Assembly: GCA_030390025.1 (NCBI GenBank)
Contig: CM059438.1
Span: 73,160,001-73,224,000 of the forward strand
Direction of reading: 5' to 3'
DNA length: 64,000 nucleotides
Source: Squalus acanthias
Taxonomy: Eukaryota
The translations under genes were made by a program, and so were the position numbers. Of this stretch, positions 36,720-49,052 are shown one piece after another (positions within the stretch are counted from its first letter, which is position 1; each line of letters starts with the position of its first letter). The notes under the pieces were generated by a model. It searched no databases, was not told the origin of the DNA, and saw only the letters and a list, made by a program, of their open reading frames with translations.

Positions 36720-37186
36720 GCACAAATGCAGTATGGACAGCATGAAAACCAACTAATGGCTGGAAATTCCCTAAATGCCTCTGAAAGAAGATGATGCATT
36801 CATCTGCAAATCACAAGAAATGCATGGCTAGATTACTAAATGGACTGGTCAGGGAAATAAAGGACTCAAAATGATTTGCATCTCCAGATCACAACTCTAA
36901 CGAAAACCCAAATAGGGACCAAAGGAAAACATTCTGTTCCACCTATAAGCATTAGGATGTTCTATTATATTGGAAGCTTGGTGTACACATACCATATCTG
37001 ATGAATTAGTTTAGCACCAGAGACAGAATTAGTAAAGGTAGAAAGGTTCATTTGCCTTTGGATAATTAAACTCCTTTAAGAAATGTCATTACCTAGAAGA
37101 AAAACTGATTATATCAACGTTAATTTTTCATTGTACATGGTGACTATATTTTTTGTTGTGAAACAACTTATGAAAAGTACTTAATG

Positions 37187-37595
37187 GTTCAAGCACCACT
37201 CCAGAGACTTGAGCACATAAGTTAGGCTGACATAATGCAGTACTGAAGGAGTGCTGCACTTTTGGAGTTGCCGTCTTTCGAATGAGACATTAAACCCAGG
37301 CCCCATCTGCCATCTCAGGTGGATGTGCATGATCTCATGGCACTTTTCGTAGAAGAGCAGGAGAGTTCTGCCAGTGTCTTGGCCAATATCTATCCCTCAA
37401 TCAACATTACTAAAACAGATTATCTGGTCATTTATCTCATTGCTCCTTGGTTGACCTTGCTGTGCGCAGATTGACTGCCGCGTTTCCTACATTACAACAG
37501 TGAATACACTTCAAAAACTACTTCATTGGCAGTAAAGCACTTTGGGACATTCTGAGGTCATGAAAGGCACTATATAAATGCAAGGTATTTCTTTT
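37187..37595 (+). mobile_element. SacSINE1-like Deu-SINE
   Basis: GGTTCAAG B-box remnant, Deu domain and L2-type tail; homologous to 61851-62311. Confidence 0.85.
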
Positions 37596-38091
37596 GAATA
37601 ACATTTTAGTGATTACATCTCAATCTTGAATCTATCAAAGTGGACATCATCCACTTGCTGACATCCCATTTTTTAGTTCATGCCTTCCCGTTCAGCCAAA
37701 AGGGCACAGCTCTCCACAGCCAATGGCAATACAGCTTCACAGTCTCAATCAATCATTGACAATCATGTGTGTTTTAAGAAATGGCAGATACACGGGAGTA
37801 AGTGCAAAACTGCACTCTCATCTCGAGGCTAAGGTGATGACGATGAATTACTCGAGCTTTGCATTTGCGCTTTATGCCAGTGTCTGAATCTATTAGTGAG
37901 CTTGTAATCCCTACTAGATGTTCCTTGTTCTCTGTTTAACTTCCATACAGTTTCAATCCACTGATTGATGGTTGGTATGCCTTTCCTTTGTGTTTTGGAT
38001 CCAGCCAAGACCTCATATCCCTTTTGCGACACAATGACCATTTGACTGAGCTTTAACATCTATGACTAAAAATTACTGCTGGTGATATCAG

Positions 38092-39009
38092 TGAGCAGAA
38101 GCGAAAAGAAAATTGAAGGAAATCAGCCATCAATTTAAGATCAGCCATCATCTTATTGAATGGAGGAGAAGACTCGAAGGGCCGAATTGCCTACTCCTGC
38201 TGCAATACAGTCAAAGGAATGTCATACAAATACATTATGCATTGCTCCAATTATATCACCAACAGTAATGTCTAGGCTCGAGTAATAACTTCTATCCAAA
38301 CACTACTAACTTTAAAGAATCTTGAAAGTTCCTCAACAATATTTTGCAGACATGACTACATGTAAACAGTGGAGTGATGGAGTATTCTGGACTGTCTGGC
38401 TAGGCATCAATACTGCTGAGTGACAGAATGCATTGGGAACAGTTGGCCAGGCAGCGATACTGTTGAATCGCATGATGGATTGGAAGCACATGACTAGAGA
38501 CTAATACGTCAGCTTCAGGTAGAACAGCCTCACTAAATCAGCTGAATGACCTGATTCAGAAAAACCCAATTAAGATTATCGTAATAGCTTGTGAGTTTGA
38601 AAACAATCAATTTAAAATGAGATTTGAGGAGAAAGCCTTTAACAGAGAATTATTACAGGGATTCTTGAAATGCAAAATCTCAAATTTAGTTTACTCTTTG
38701 TGGGTTCATTTTTTAAAAAATATGCACAAATTATTTTCTATAAAATTTCTGATACTGAATATCCTGCAACTGAGTTTTGTTAATTATGAGGACCATAAAA
38801 TAGTCCTTGATTTAGTATATTCAAGCATAAATCAAAAAGTGCAACATAATGTCACCTGGATCTTCAATCATTTCTGAACTCAAAAGGTTTGAGCAGAAGT
38901 GAAAAGTGACATTTGCCTGTATGAGGAAATCAGCCATCAATTTAAGATCAGCCATGATCTTATTGAATGGAGGAGAAGGCTCGAAGGGCCGAATTGCCTA
39001 CTCCTGCTC
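38092..39009 (+). repeat. Local duplication of a CR1 tail plus its 5' flank (about 38092-38201 and 38890-39009)
   Basis: Both copies share TGAGCAGAAGyGAAAAG and AGGAAATCAGCCATCAATTTAAGATCAGCCAT...CCTACTCCTGCT. Confidence 0.8.
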
Positions 39010-40940
39010 CTCGTTCTGATGTTCATATGAAATGCTGTACTCTTCCATTCTCTTCAACAAGATTTAATCCACACTTTGTTTTGCTATTGGATAATAGTGA
39101 TACACTCTTCACACTGACCTTATGCATATGTGATGTTTAACAAATTACACTGATATTCTAACTCTTTACAAAATTGTCAACATATCTCAGAAAATTGTAC
39201 GTGTGTACTGTCAGAATCCTTCCTTGTTGCACACTCAGTTCGAGTCACTGGTTTCCATTATTTCCATTAGCATATCAATGGCAAGCAGCCATTTAATTTT
39301 TCAATGACCGATTTAGAAAAATTGTTTAGCTAATGCTTTAAAAAATGTCAACACTTCGCCCGATATTTATGTCAAGATGGGGATGAAACCTCCCCTTGAC
39401 ATGGCGTGTTATATCAATGTCATCACTATTTGTTGACACCATACTATGACTTCATGTAAATTAGGTCATAAACTCCAGTAATACCCCTTCAGACTAAAGT
39501 GCAATTTAAGTACATCACTGCTGATTAAAAATGCCATGCTTGCCCTGTATTAAAAAATTCCACTGTGATATTTCCAGAGGGGGAATGCAGTATAAAGTAA
39601 GATATTATACAAATTAAGTAATTTAGTACTGCCTTCTGAAGCTTTACAACATTCTGCATAATACTTAAGTCTATCTATTCTATTAGTTTCACTCATGTGG
39701 CAATTTGTTCTCTTCTGGGCTCTTAGAGTTAGCCAGGCAGCATAAGTTGGTGTTGAACGGTCCACAGATTTCTTTTGTGTGTGTCTAATCAGCTTCCACT
39801 TAAACAGTAAGCTTTTAAGAGTACGTTACAGGTCTGATTTTTTCATTGTGTGTGATATAATGTAGCCAGGCCATGTTGTGACTTTGTGTGCAGAAATCAG
39901 TTTTTCCAATCTTCACTCCACTGTAGCAGACAACAAAGTCTGCTCCAGCTATAGATGATAAGTAAGGCTCACTCCCCTCCTGCAGCATAGTCACCGAGAA
40001 GTAATGGCCATTTCCGCCCCCGCCACCCCTTCCATCTGATCTGTGTTATCAATTTTGAAACTTATCGCTTGGCTCTTTTATTTGACTGTCGCCATCCAAC
40101 CAAGTCTACTTGCATTGATTTCACAGGCTGACTTCTTTCTCTGGTTTCTCACTGGCGAGCAATCCTCAGAATGTCAACTTAAAAATGAAGGAAATTCAAG
40201 TCTAATGTTTTAACTTCTGATAACCGCTCCCCCGCACCCACCCCCCACCCAAAAAAAAAATGTTTTAGTGGATATTATCAGGGCTAGTGGAAGAAAAGGA
40301 AAGACAATTCTGATTAAAAAGCTTCCCTTGCAACTTAATGCAAAACACAATTTATATTTCAAAGGAGAAAACAGAGCCCTTTATTCTCTGGCAAAATCTA
40401 GCACACTGTCTGAAACAAATCTGGAAAAGAGTGCTAATAAATTTCAGACAATTCAAGATCTGATATTTCAATAATTTCTGTTATTTAAATGCCATTATTA
40501 GTTGCTAATTGTCATATAATTTTGATTGGCTTGTTGCTGACTGAGGCAGTCAGCAGTATACATTAAAATATTTTTCTTTAATATTGAAATCTCCAGTTTC
40601 ACAAGCAATAAGACCTATGACGGGGCACAGGACTAGATGAGGGCTCCTTTCTAAGAAAGTGCTTGCAAGTCTTTTTTTCTGTCCTGTGCACTCATACTCA
40701 AAATGCACACATTGAGCTCTAAATAGCACCCAGTGAAATGATGGGATGGTCAGTTATTTTGCATCTTTAGCAGTTTAAAAGCAGTAAAGTGGACAGTCTG
40801 TGTCTAAAAACATCTCATTAATATTAAAAATATAGTTTCTTTTTCGGATTTGAAATAGGTCAGATCTCCCTATCTGTCATGACTGTTCTTCGCTCTGTAT
40901 AGCGTGCTGCAGATTTGTAAAGTATGGATTTAAAATATTC

Positions 40941-41337
40941 ACTAGAGTTTAGAAGAATGAGAGGGAATCTCATTGAAACTTATAAAATTCTGACAGGGCT
41001 AGACAGACTGGATGCAGAGAGGATGTTTCCCCTGGCTGGGGGCTCTAGAACGAGGGGGTCATAGTCTCAGGATACAGGGTAGGACATTTAGGACTGAGAT
41101 TAGGAGAAATTTCTTCACTCAGAGGGTGGTGAACCTGTAGAATTCTCTACCACAGAAGGCTGTGGAGGCCAAGTCACTGAATATATTTAAGAAGGAGATA
41201 GATAGATTTCTAGACACAGAAGGCATCAAGGGGTAAGGGGAGAGAGCGGGAATATGGTATTGAGATGGAGGATCAGCCATGATCATATTGAATGGCGGAG
41301 CAGGCTCGAAGGGCCGAATCCTGCTCCTATGTTTCTT
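40941..41337 (+). mobile_element. CR1 LINE 3' fragment
   Basis: CTAGAGTTTAGAAGAATGAGAGGG...GAGGGTGGTGAACCTG...GATCAGCCATGATCATATTGAATGG. Confidence 0.9.
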
Positions 41338-42759
41338 TTCATCCCTCCCATGGACCATTTCGTGGCCAAGCTGGTGGCTGGACAACCTTCGACCAGATTT
41401 CGGCTGATGAGATTGTGCAACCGCTCAGTCCAGAGATGGACTCATCACTTTCCTGAACTGGCTGAATTGAGGAACTTTCAGAATATTTCCCGATGTAAAT
41501 CTTACAGCTCCTTTATTCTGCATTATTCTTTTTTAATTGCAAGCATTTGAACACAAGTGCCTTGTAAGTTAGAAAAACATGTCACAATTCATCATTTCAG
41601 AGTCTTGGGCTATATTTTCCTCCATTCACTAAATTTAGTGAAAAAAATGCATGGTCTACTTCTGTTAATTCAAAGTCATTTGTTTGCTTGAAAAAAATCA
41701 AATTATCTACTAATTGGAATGAATAAATGTAAGTAAAATAGTACAGGAGCTAATTGGAATTAAGCAACTGTGACCTTAAAGCAGGAAACACGGCTTTTTA
41801 AATTTGCTTTTTTTTTGCTAAAATTTGTGAATGGAGAAAAATATACCTCAGATGACAAGGGAAACAAGTCAAGGTTGGATGTCTTGTGACCTGCAGTTTA
41901 CAACGATAGATCCTAACAAAGTTAACATGCAGCTGGAGTCTTACCCTGCATCAATTGAAGGGAGTAGTTTATAAATATCAGGAAGCTCATGTAGAGAGCA
42001 CTACTGGGCCATTGTGCAATGAACAAAGGCAGCAAGTTCTTAGAAGAACTCAGTAATAGGACTTACATCAATAATTGCTGGCTGCAGCTGGTATTGTAGA
42101 GGCTTCATTATATTGGTACATCCAAATGATTGCGTAAGTTGGTTTACATGTTTTTCCCCCCCCAACTACATTTTATATCGTTCCCAGCACAATAAGCCAG
42201 CATGCCAACTGATAGCCTTTTCATGATCAACCAAATTTATCGATCATTTATCTATCTCCAAACCCAAGAGTCAATGCATTGTGACCTAATTATTCACACA
42301 TATATAAGCATGAGATATTTGCAATCATTAAAACCTATCCCGTTCTTAATCTGCTTAATGAACTTGGCTAGATTCTTAGAGCTACTGAGATCCTTAGGAA
42401 GCTCAGTAAATAGGATGCTGAAGCTCTTGGATATGTGGAAAGTATGCGATGGCGTTGCCTTTTGTAGGACAACCTATGTAATGACAGTCAGTAATTGTTC
42501 TGTCTGTCATTGCCCATATCATAATGCAAATTAAACATGCAGTTCAATAAGCCTAATGTTTTACTAAGACAGATGTCCACTGGAGCAAGAGTAAAACAGT
42601 TGACTTCCTTGAAAAAATAAAAAATTAATTTAAATGGTATATATAGATCACAAAAAGGCATGAAATCACTTTTCAATAAAATGCCTGTCATTACTCAATT
42701 CCTTGTATTGGTCAAATCCATGCCAAAAACTATCTTCTCTCATTTCTTTCATCGACCTC

Positions 42760-43460
42760 CAGGCTGCTACTATACTCTCTAACCGCCTGGCCAATATCAA
42801 GACCAGGATGAGTTGAAATTTCCTTCAATAATGTTGGCAAGTCAGTGCCATCTGCTTCAACCCCAAGCAGCACTTACGTGCCTCTGGCTTGAAGCGATCA
42901 GCTTCTGAGTCTGGTTGTGGAGGTGTGGAACTTTGGAAGTTCTGTTTGATCCCACACTGAACTTCCTTCCTCAAATCCATTCCATCGCCAAGACTGCCTT
43001 CTTCCACCACTGCATTATCACCCGTCGCCACCCTCTGCTGCTGAAACTCCCATTTTCCACCTCCAGGCTTGGCTTTAACAACACTCACCAAGCTGACCTC
43101 CCCGCTTCCAACCTTCAACAAATTATATTACATTCCTCCCCACACAAGGTCGCGCATTCTCATCGGCCCTATCCCTGCCAAGTTCCACCAGCTTCCTGTG
43201 TCCAGCAAATTGACTTCAAGATTCTTATCCATTTTCAAATTCTGACAGCCTCTGTTCGACCCACCTCATCAATCTGCTCTATCCATATATTTCTGCACTC
43301 TGCTCCTCCAGGTTGATTGCTTATTTTTTGCTTCCTCTGCTCCCCTCTGTTGGCCACTCTTTCAGTCATTACGCCCATGCCATCCAAAACTCGCTACCTC
43401 AGTCCCTTAGTCTTGCCACCTCTTGCCCCACCTTCAAATGTCACGCAAAAACTCTTCTTT
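42760..43460 (+). mobile_element. Degenerate L2-like LINE fragment
   Basis: Remnant L.VLFDPTLNFLPQIHSIAKTAFFH...QQIDFKIL, typical of the L2 ORF2 C-terminus. Confidence 0.65.
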
Positions 43461-43744
43461 GGCTACATGTCCCCCATTTATAGCCCTCCATGATACCCTT
43501 TTTTCCCTCCAACTCACCATCCACTTTTTGTCCTCATTGTAAAGGGTAATGAAACACTGTATGTAAGAAGTACTATAGAAAACAAAGTTTGTTCTCATCT
43601 CTGAAAGGGGGTTCCACTCTTGTGGGAATTCCTGGTAATGATTTTGAACTACTTGACCTCTTCGCTTCCAAACTGTAGAAATGGGCATTCACATTGTACA
43701 TCTACTGAATCTTTTGGATGGTTGGTAGTGTTGCACTAGACAGA

Positions 43745-44388
43745 GTTATTAGGAAGGCAATTGGTATGCTAGCCTTTATTGCAAGGTGGTTGGAGTATAA
43801 GAGTAAGGAAGTTTTGCTGTAATTACAGTATATAGGGTTTTGGTGAGACCACACCTGGAGTACTGTGTCTGTTTTGGTCTTCTTACCCAAGGAAGGATAT
43901 ACTTGCCTTAGAGGGGTGCAACAAAGGTTCACTAGATTGATTCCTGAGATGAGAGGGCTGTCCTATGAGGAAAAATCGAGTAGAATGGGCCTATACTCTC
44001 TGGAGTTGAAAAGAATCTAATTGAAACGTACAAAATTCTTAGAGGGCTTGACAGGGTTTATGCTGAGAGGCTGTTTCCCCTGGCTGAAGAGTCTAGAACC
44101 AGGGGTCATAGTCTCAGTATAAGGGGTCAGCCTTTTAGGACTGAGATGAGGAGAAATTTCTTCACTCAGAGGGCTGTGAATCTTTGGAATTCTCTACCCT
44201 AGAGGGCTGTGGATGCTCAGTTGTTGAGGTTGATGGATTCTGGGGCACTAAGGGAATCAAGAGATATGGGGATAGGGCATGAAAGTGGAGTTGATGTAGA
44301 AGTTCAGTCATGATCTTATTGAATGACACAGCAGGCTTGAGGGACCTTATGGCCTACTCCTGCTCCTATTTCTTATGATCTTATGATC
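43745..44388 (+). mobile_element. CR1 LINE 3' fragment
   Basis: GTGAGACCACACCTGGAGTACTGTG...CTCCTATTTCTTATGATCTTATG tail. Confidence 0.9.
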
Positions 44389-44769
44389 TGGCACACCGTA
44401 TAGAGCAGTAGACCAAGAGATTGTGACCGTTTCCTTTCCTGTGTGTGTGTATGTGAGTGTTGATTCCTTGTTGAGAAACTAATGAAGATGCTATACTTCT
44501 ATACTCAGGGCTGCTTTACACCAGTGCACTCTTATATGCCAACACTTTGCTTTTCTGGCACAGTGGAAGCATAGTTTTTTTTGCAGTGATTCAACTTTAT
44601 TCAGGTTTCTTTATTGCATGACTTATGTACACTTCCTATTATTCATTTACTGTTGAGAATCACACCCAAAAATTTGAAGTTGAGGTAATATGCAATCACA
44701 GGCTTCGCTTATGATCTTTAATGCGGAGGGCATGTCACTCAGCTGCCTGTCAACCATAGTTTTTTTTAA

Positions 44770-45120
44770 ATTATTCATTCTCAGGATGTGAGCATTATTG
44801 GCAAAGCTGGCATTTATTGCCCATCCCTAGAGATACTAGGCCACTTCAGAGGGCAGTTAAGAGTGAACCACGTTGATGTGGGACTGGAGTCACATATAAA
44901 ACCAAACCAGGTAAGGATTCCTTACCTGAAGGACATTAGTGAAATAGTTGGGCTTATGCAGCAGCTTCATAGTCATTTTACTGATACCAGTTTTATATTT
45001 CCTTTTTCTAAAAAAACTGAATTCAAATGGTGATAGTAGGATTTGAACTCACGTTCTTTGGATTATTAGTCCAGGCCTCTGGATTACTAGACCAGTAACA
45101 TAACCACAACAGTACCAACC
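44770..45120 (-). mobile_element. tRNA-derived SINE sharing its 3' tail with the 10044 LINE
   Basis: A-box-like TGGTTATGTTACTGG and B box GAGTTCAAATCC; tail GGGATGGGCAATAAATGCC...CACATCCTGAGAATGAATAA. Confidence 0.8.
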
Positions 45121-45552
45121 CAGAGTCTGAAGATCATTCTTCAAGCTGAGTTCTCTGTTCTTTACTAACACTGTCTCCATAAATAAACACAGGATGTTAC
45201 CCGAGTAGTAGAGTTCCTATGTGCCTGATTGAATTAGCCTAAAGGTACTGCTAACACACGAGGGTGAGTGGAGATGGTTTTCATTACAACCTCCAAGGTG
45301 AGTGCCTCCACCCTGCTGTATAAACCTTTCATAAACCTGACACAAACCTAGACATCGACTTAAACAAAAGTCACTCAGTGCATAGATGATATAGGTGATT
45401 ATCACTGACACACATCAGCATCAATTATCCGCCTTAACAAAAAATACCAGCAGAAACCCCATCTGGCAGGTGAATCAGTTAACAACAGTTTAATAAAAAT
45501 GCCAAAAGAACAGTCATCAGAGATTTTTTTCCTCAAAATCATCTGACATTAA

Positions 45553-45649
45553 GGGCTGGATTTTTGCAGCATATGGCAGTGGAAAGAGACTGGAAATAGG
45601 CCTTGGCCCTCCTCTGGCAGCAAACCCAGCCCGGAGGAAATTTCAGCCC
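45553..45649. mobile_element. Tiny MITE remnant
   Basis: Imperfect TIR GGGCTGGATTTTT / AAATTTCAGCCC. Confidence 0.4.
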
Positions 45650-45855
45650 CATCTTTTGCCCTCCTACATTAAAAATACATATTGCACCCTTTGGCATCTG
45701 CTTTAAACTATCCCGAGTGGCATTTGCTTGGAAAGGCGGACAGTAAATAAGACCTTTTGAGATAATCCTTCCACTCCAGGGTTAATGCCTTCAATTCTGC
45801 TGCACAGCTATTGCAGTATTGCATGCAAGAGAGATGGTATGACCTGTCCACTCAC

Positions 45856-45961
45856 CTCCAGCAATTTTGACATCGAGGGCTGTTCTAATCAAGGCCATCA
45901 GGGTAGATGTGAAATGCACAGAGCCATCTTCAGCAATCGGCATGTTCATTCTTACAAGCCG
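45856..45961 (-). CDS. CACNA1B: CACNA1B exon 38, 106 nt (pre-IQ)
   Basis: TCTCAG|CGG acceptor; [35 protein letters not shown]; G|GTGAGT donor. Confidence 0.96.
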
Positions 45962-48439
45962 CTGAGAGCAAATAGCAACAAGACCATAGTTAGTGGGAAT
46001 TTCTGCACTGAGCACAGTCGACAGACAATGCATGTGATAAGCTACACTTTCAACAATATTAACCTCTTTATCTGCTGACGCAACTGGTGTCAAACCTGAC
46101 CATTTGTTTTTTTTAAGCTGTGCAGACTCCAGAGACCTAGGAAAATGATGCAAAACCAGTTTCCTACTTTGTACATGAGAAGGTTAGAAGACATATAAAA
46201 CTGATTTTTTTTTTTTAAAAGATAGTTTTGGTTTAATCTGGTACTTTTCATGGACTTTGAGTCTTCAAAAACAAAGTGGCAACTGGCAAGTTCTTTATTC
46301 TGGAAGGCATTTTAATCATCTGCATTTCAACCACAGATATGACTGATTTTGGGGCCCAAAATAACCTCATTATGATTCATGGTAATCATTGCCCTTGTTG
46401 CAAATTCCTGCGTCTAATCTCTCAGGTGGCTGAATAGGACAAATGGGAATACTGTTGAAAGCAGCAATGTACTGCAGGCATCAGTTTCCGAGAGTAAAAT
46501 ATCGAATTAATAATGCTCCTGAAATTTCGGACCCGGCAATCGGAAGGCTGGTTCACAAATTCTGCGAAGGTGGCAAGAGTTTGCAATGCTAAGACACTGT
46601 AGATCTGTCAGCAGACCAGGGGTTAACACAAGTGAACATTCTTTAGTCCGAATACAACGCGATGCAACGAACAACTTACTGAAATAGAGTCAGTATGAAT
46701 CCATTCGAGAGCGAGAGAAGTGAGCGACAGAGAGAGAGTAATGCATAGCAATGAGCAGGCAGATGAAGTGCTCCCCAATAGAGCAGAAACAGGCACGGGC
46801 TTGCATGCAATTCAAAAGACTAGCAATTTAGTACATGCTGGAATGCAAGGGCACATGAACTGTACAGGGATTTTTGTCCTGCTATTCTGAAGAGAGACCG
46901 TGGAAGACCTGACAGACCAATATACAATTACAGAAGAAAGAGAAAAAACTTTAGAGTCACAATTGAATTTTCTTTGAAATAGAAAAGCAGATTTTAAGTT
47001 TTTGCCAGACAATAAGATTTAAAGCAAGATCGTTTTGCAAACAGTAAGAGGACAGAGAAGTAAAATAAAGAAAAAGGTCTTTGTAACAATGTAATGTTCA
47101 ATACAAATTGTTAATTAAATCTAAAAAAAATTGTCACTTTATAGAGTAGTACAAACTAGATACAATTACAATGCTCCACTGCACATCTACACGTTCTAAA
47201 TTAAAAAGGTGCTGTTATATTTAGTAACTGCAGTAACTATAAATCAATAGCTAAATTTATTTACGAACAATTCAATTCTGATGGAAATGAGTGAATATGT
47301 ATCGCACAATTATCAAGAAAAATCTTCATGGTTGATTTATCTAAAACTTTTTGATCTTCCATAGCTTTGCTGACAGAAAAATAAAATCAACATTTCTATG
47401 TCTCTCTTCCTGTAACTGTCTCTCGAATTGTACCCCACTCTCTAATTCTATCACCTTCTACTCTTTCTGCTTCACTCTTTCTCTCCGAGTAGCTCTTGCA
47501 CGCTTTCTTTTATTCGCTCCGTCTCCAACTCCCTCTTTCACCTTTTGAGCCAATTGGTTTTTTGGAAAACTTTACCTTTCAGAAATCAGTGTGTTTCAGT
47601 GTAAACAGGTAATGACATTTATTTTGGTTGATTTTGTGAAGTGTCACAGCCAATGAAAAGTGCACAAAAGTGGTGCTTGAGACATGAAAGAAAAGTGACT
47701 TGAGACATGAAAAGTTTGGATACCAGACACTAGAATTAATACACATACAAATCTTCAGTCCCCCTGCACCTGTTTAGTTCCTTTTAACCAATACTATGAA
47801 AACATGCAAAGTGAAGGGGACAGCATCTCATTAATTCTGGCTTCTTTGGTATTTATTTTAAGAAGCTGTGGAATGCAGCACTGCCCTCTACTACCGGAAC
47901 CCATACACAACTTGAACTGTTAGCGAGAGAGGATGTTGCCTGCTGTTGTAAGTCTCGAGGCGCTCACATGTTTCTGTTATTTGAGCTAGTTTCTTTTGCT
48001 GCATGATGACGAGCATTAGCCCTTCAAAAAAGATGCCGCGTAATTGGATTGCCTCCATTAAAGAGCCACCAACTGAAAGGGGTAAGGAGGTTCAGAGACA
48101 ATACTTGGACTAAGCACTCCCCTTTTAACTAAGCATCTTCGATTGGAAATCGTTTATAGATTAGGGCTTGAAAGTCAATATAAATAAAATAAAACCTATG
48201 GAGGTATCGTAGAAGGTCATTGAACCCTTTGTAACAATATCACTCTCAGTTAACTCTAAACAAGCTTTTCAAGCTGATAAAACACAGATGGGCCTAAACA
48301 TTATTGACAATGTGACTTTTTGAATACAGAATGGGACAGTGCAAACAACGGTTACATAAATATAACAGCACTCACAGTAAAACACAGATTTGGATTTGAC
48401 ACACAAGGTTGGTTTGTGTAGATTTGGTTTATATGCTAC

Positions 48440-48536
48440 CTTGTAGGCGACTCTTGCAGGACATTTCTTTCCCAGGCCTAAGGGTGGACACATGTGTCTC
48501 AACATCTCATACATGTCATTGTAAGTGATGCGCCCA
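48440..48536 (-). CDS. CACNA1B: CACNA1B mutually exclusive exon 37b, 97 nt
   Basis: CTTTTCCAAAAG|T acceptor after a long pyrimidine tract; encodes (C)[32 protein letters not shown]; AAG|GTAGCA donor. Confidence 0.96.
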
Positions 48537-48955
48537 CTTTTGGAAAAGAAGTGAGGCAAAAGCAAAAAAACAAAACAAAAAGGGAACAAAAACAGAAAGG
48601 AAAAAAACAAAACAGAAATCCAGGTTAATTAAGTTTCCAAAATGGAGGTGCAAGATTTTCCAGTGCAGATACAGGCTTTGCACGGGAATGTGTCTTCTTG
48701 CAATGAAATCTAGGCTCCCTAATCCCTGTTTCAATAAGGAATGATTGACAGTTTAGTAAATGGTAAAAGGATGTATAAATGATGGCTTCCTTTAATAGAA
48801 GATACTTCAAGTCAGCATGCCAAGAAATTTCTAGCAAACTCATAAAAGCTAAATATTGGCGTGAATGGAACAAGATGGTTAGGTCAATCATTCCTATTCA
48901 GATGCAGACAGTCAGGGCTTTTTTGGATACTCTGCTTATCAATTTAATTCCAAAC

Positions 48956-49052
48956 CTTATAGGCCAACCTATGTGGGCAGTTCTTTCCTAAGCCAAGAGG
49001 TGGTGAGATAATACGCAACAAATTGTACATATCCTTATAATGAATCCGGTAA
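48956..49052 (-). CDS. CACNA1B: CACNA1B mutually exclusive exon 37a, 97 nt
   Basis: TTTTTCCAG|T acceptor with TTCTAAC branch-like motif about 22 nt upstream; encodes (C)[32 protein letters not shown]; AAG|GTTTGG donor; resembles mammalian e37a ([33 protein letters not shown]). Confidence 0.95.

Noticed and set aside
37833-37890. C/D-box-like pair GTGATGA...CTGA
   Set aside because: Antisense to the host gene, short, with no convincing terminal stem or guide
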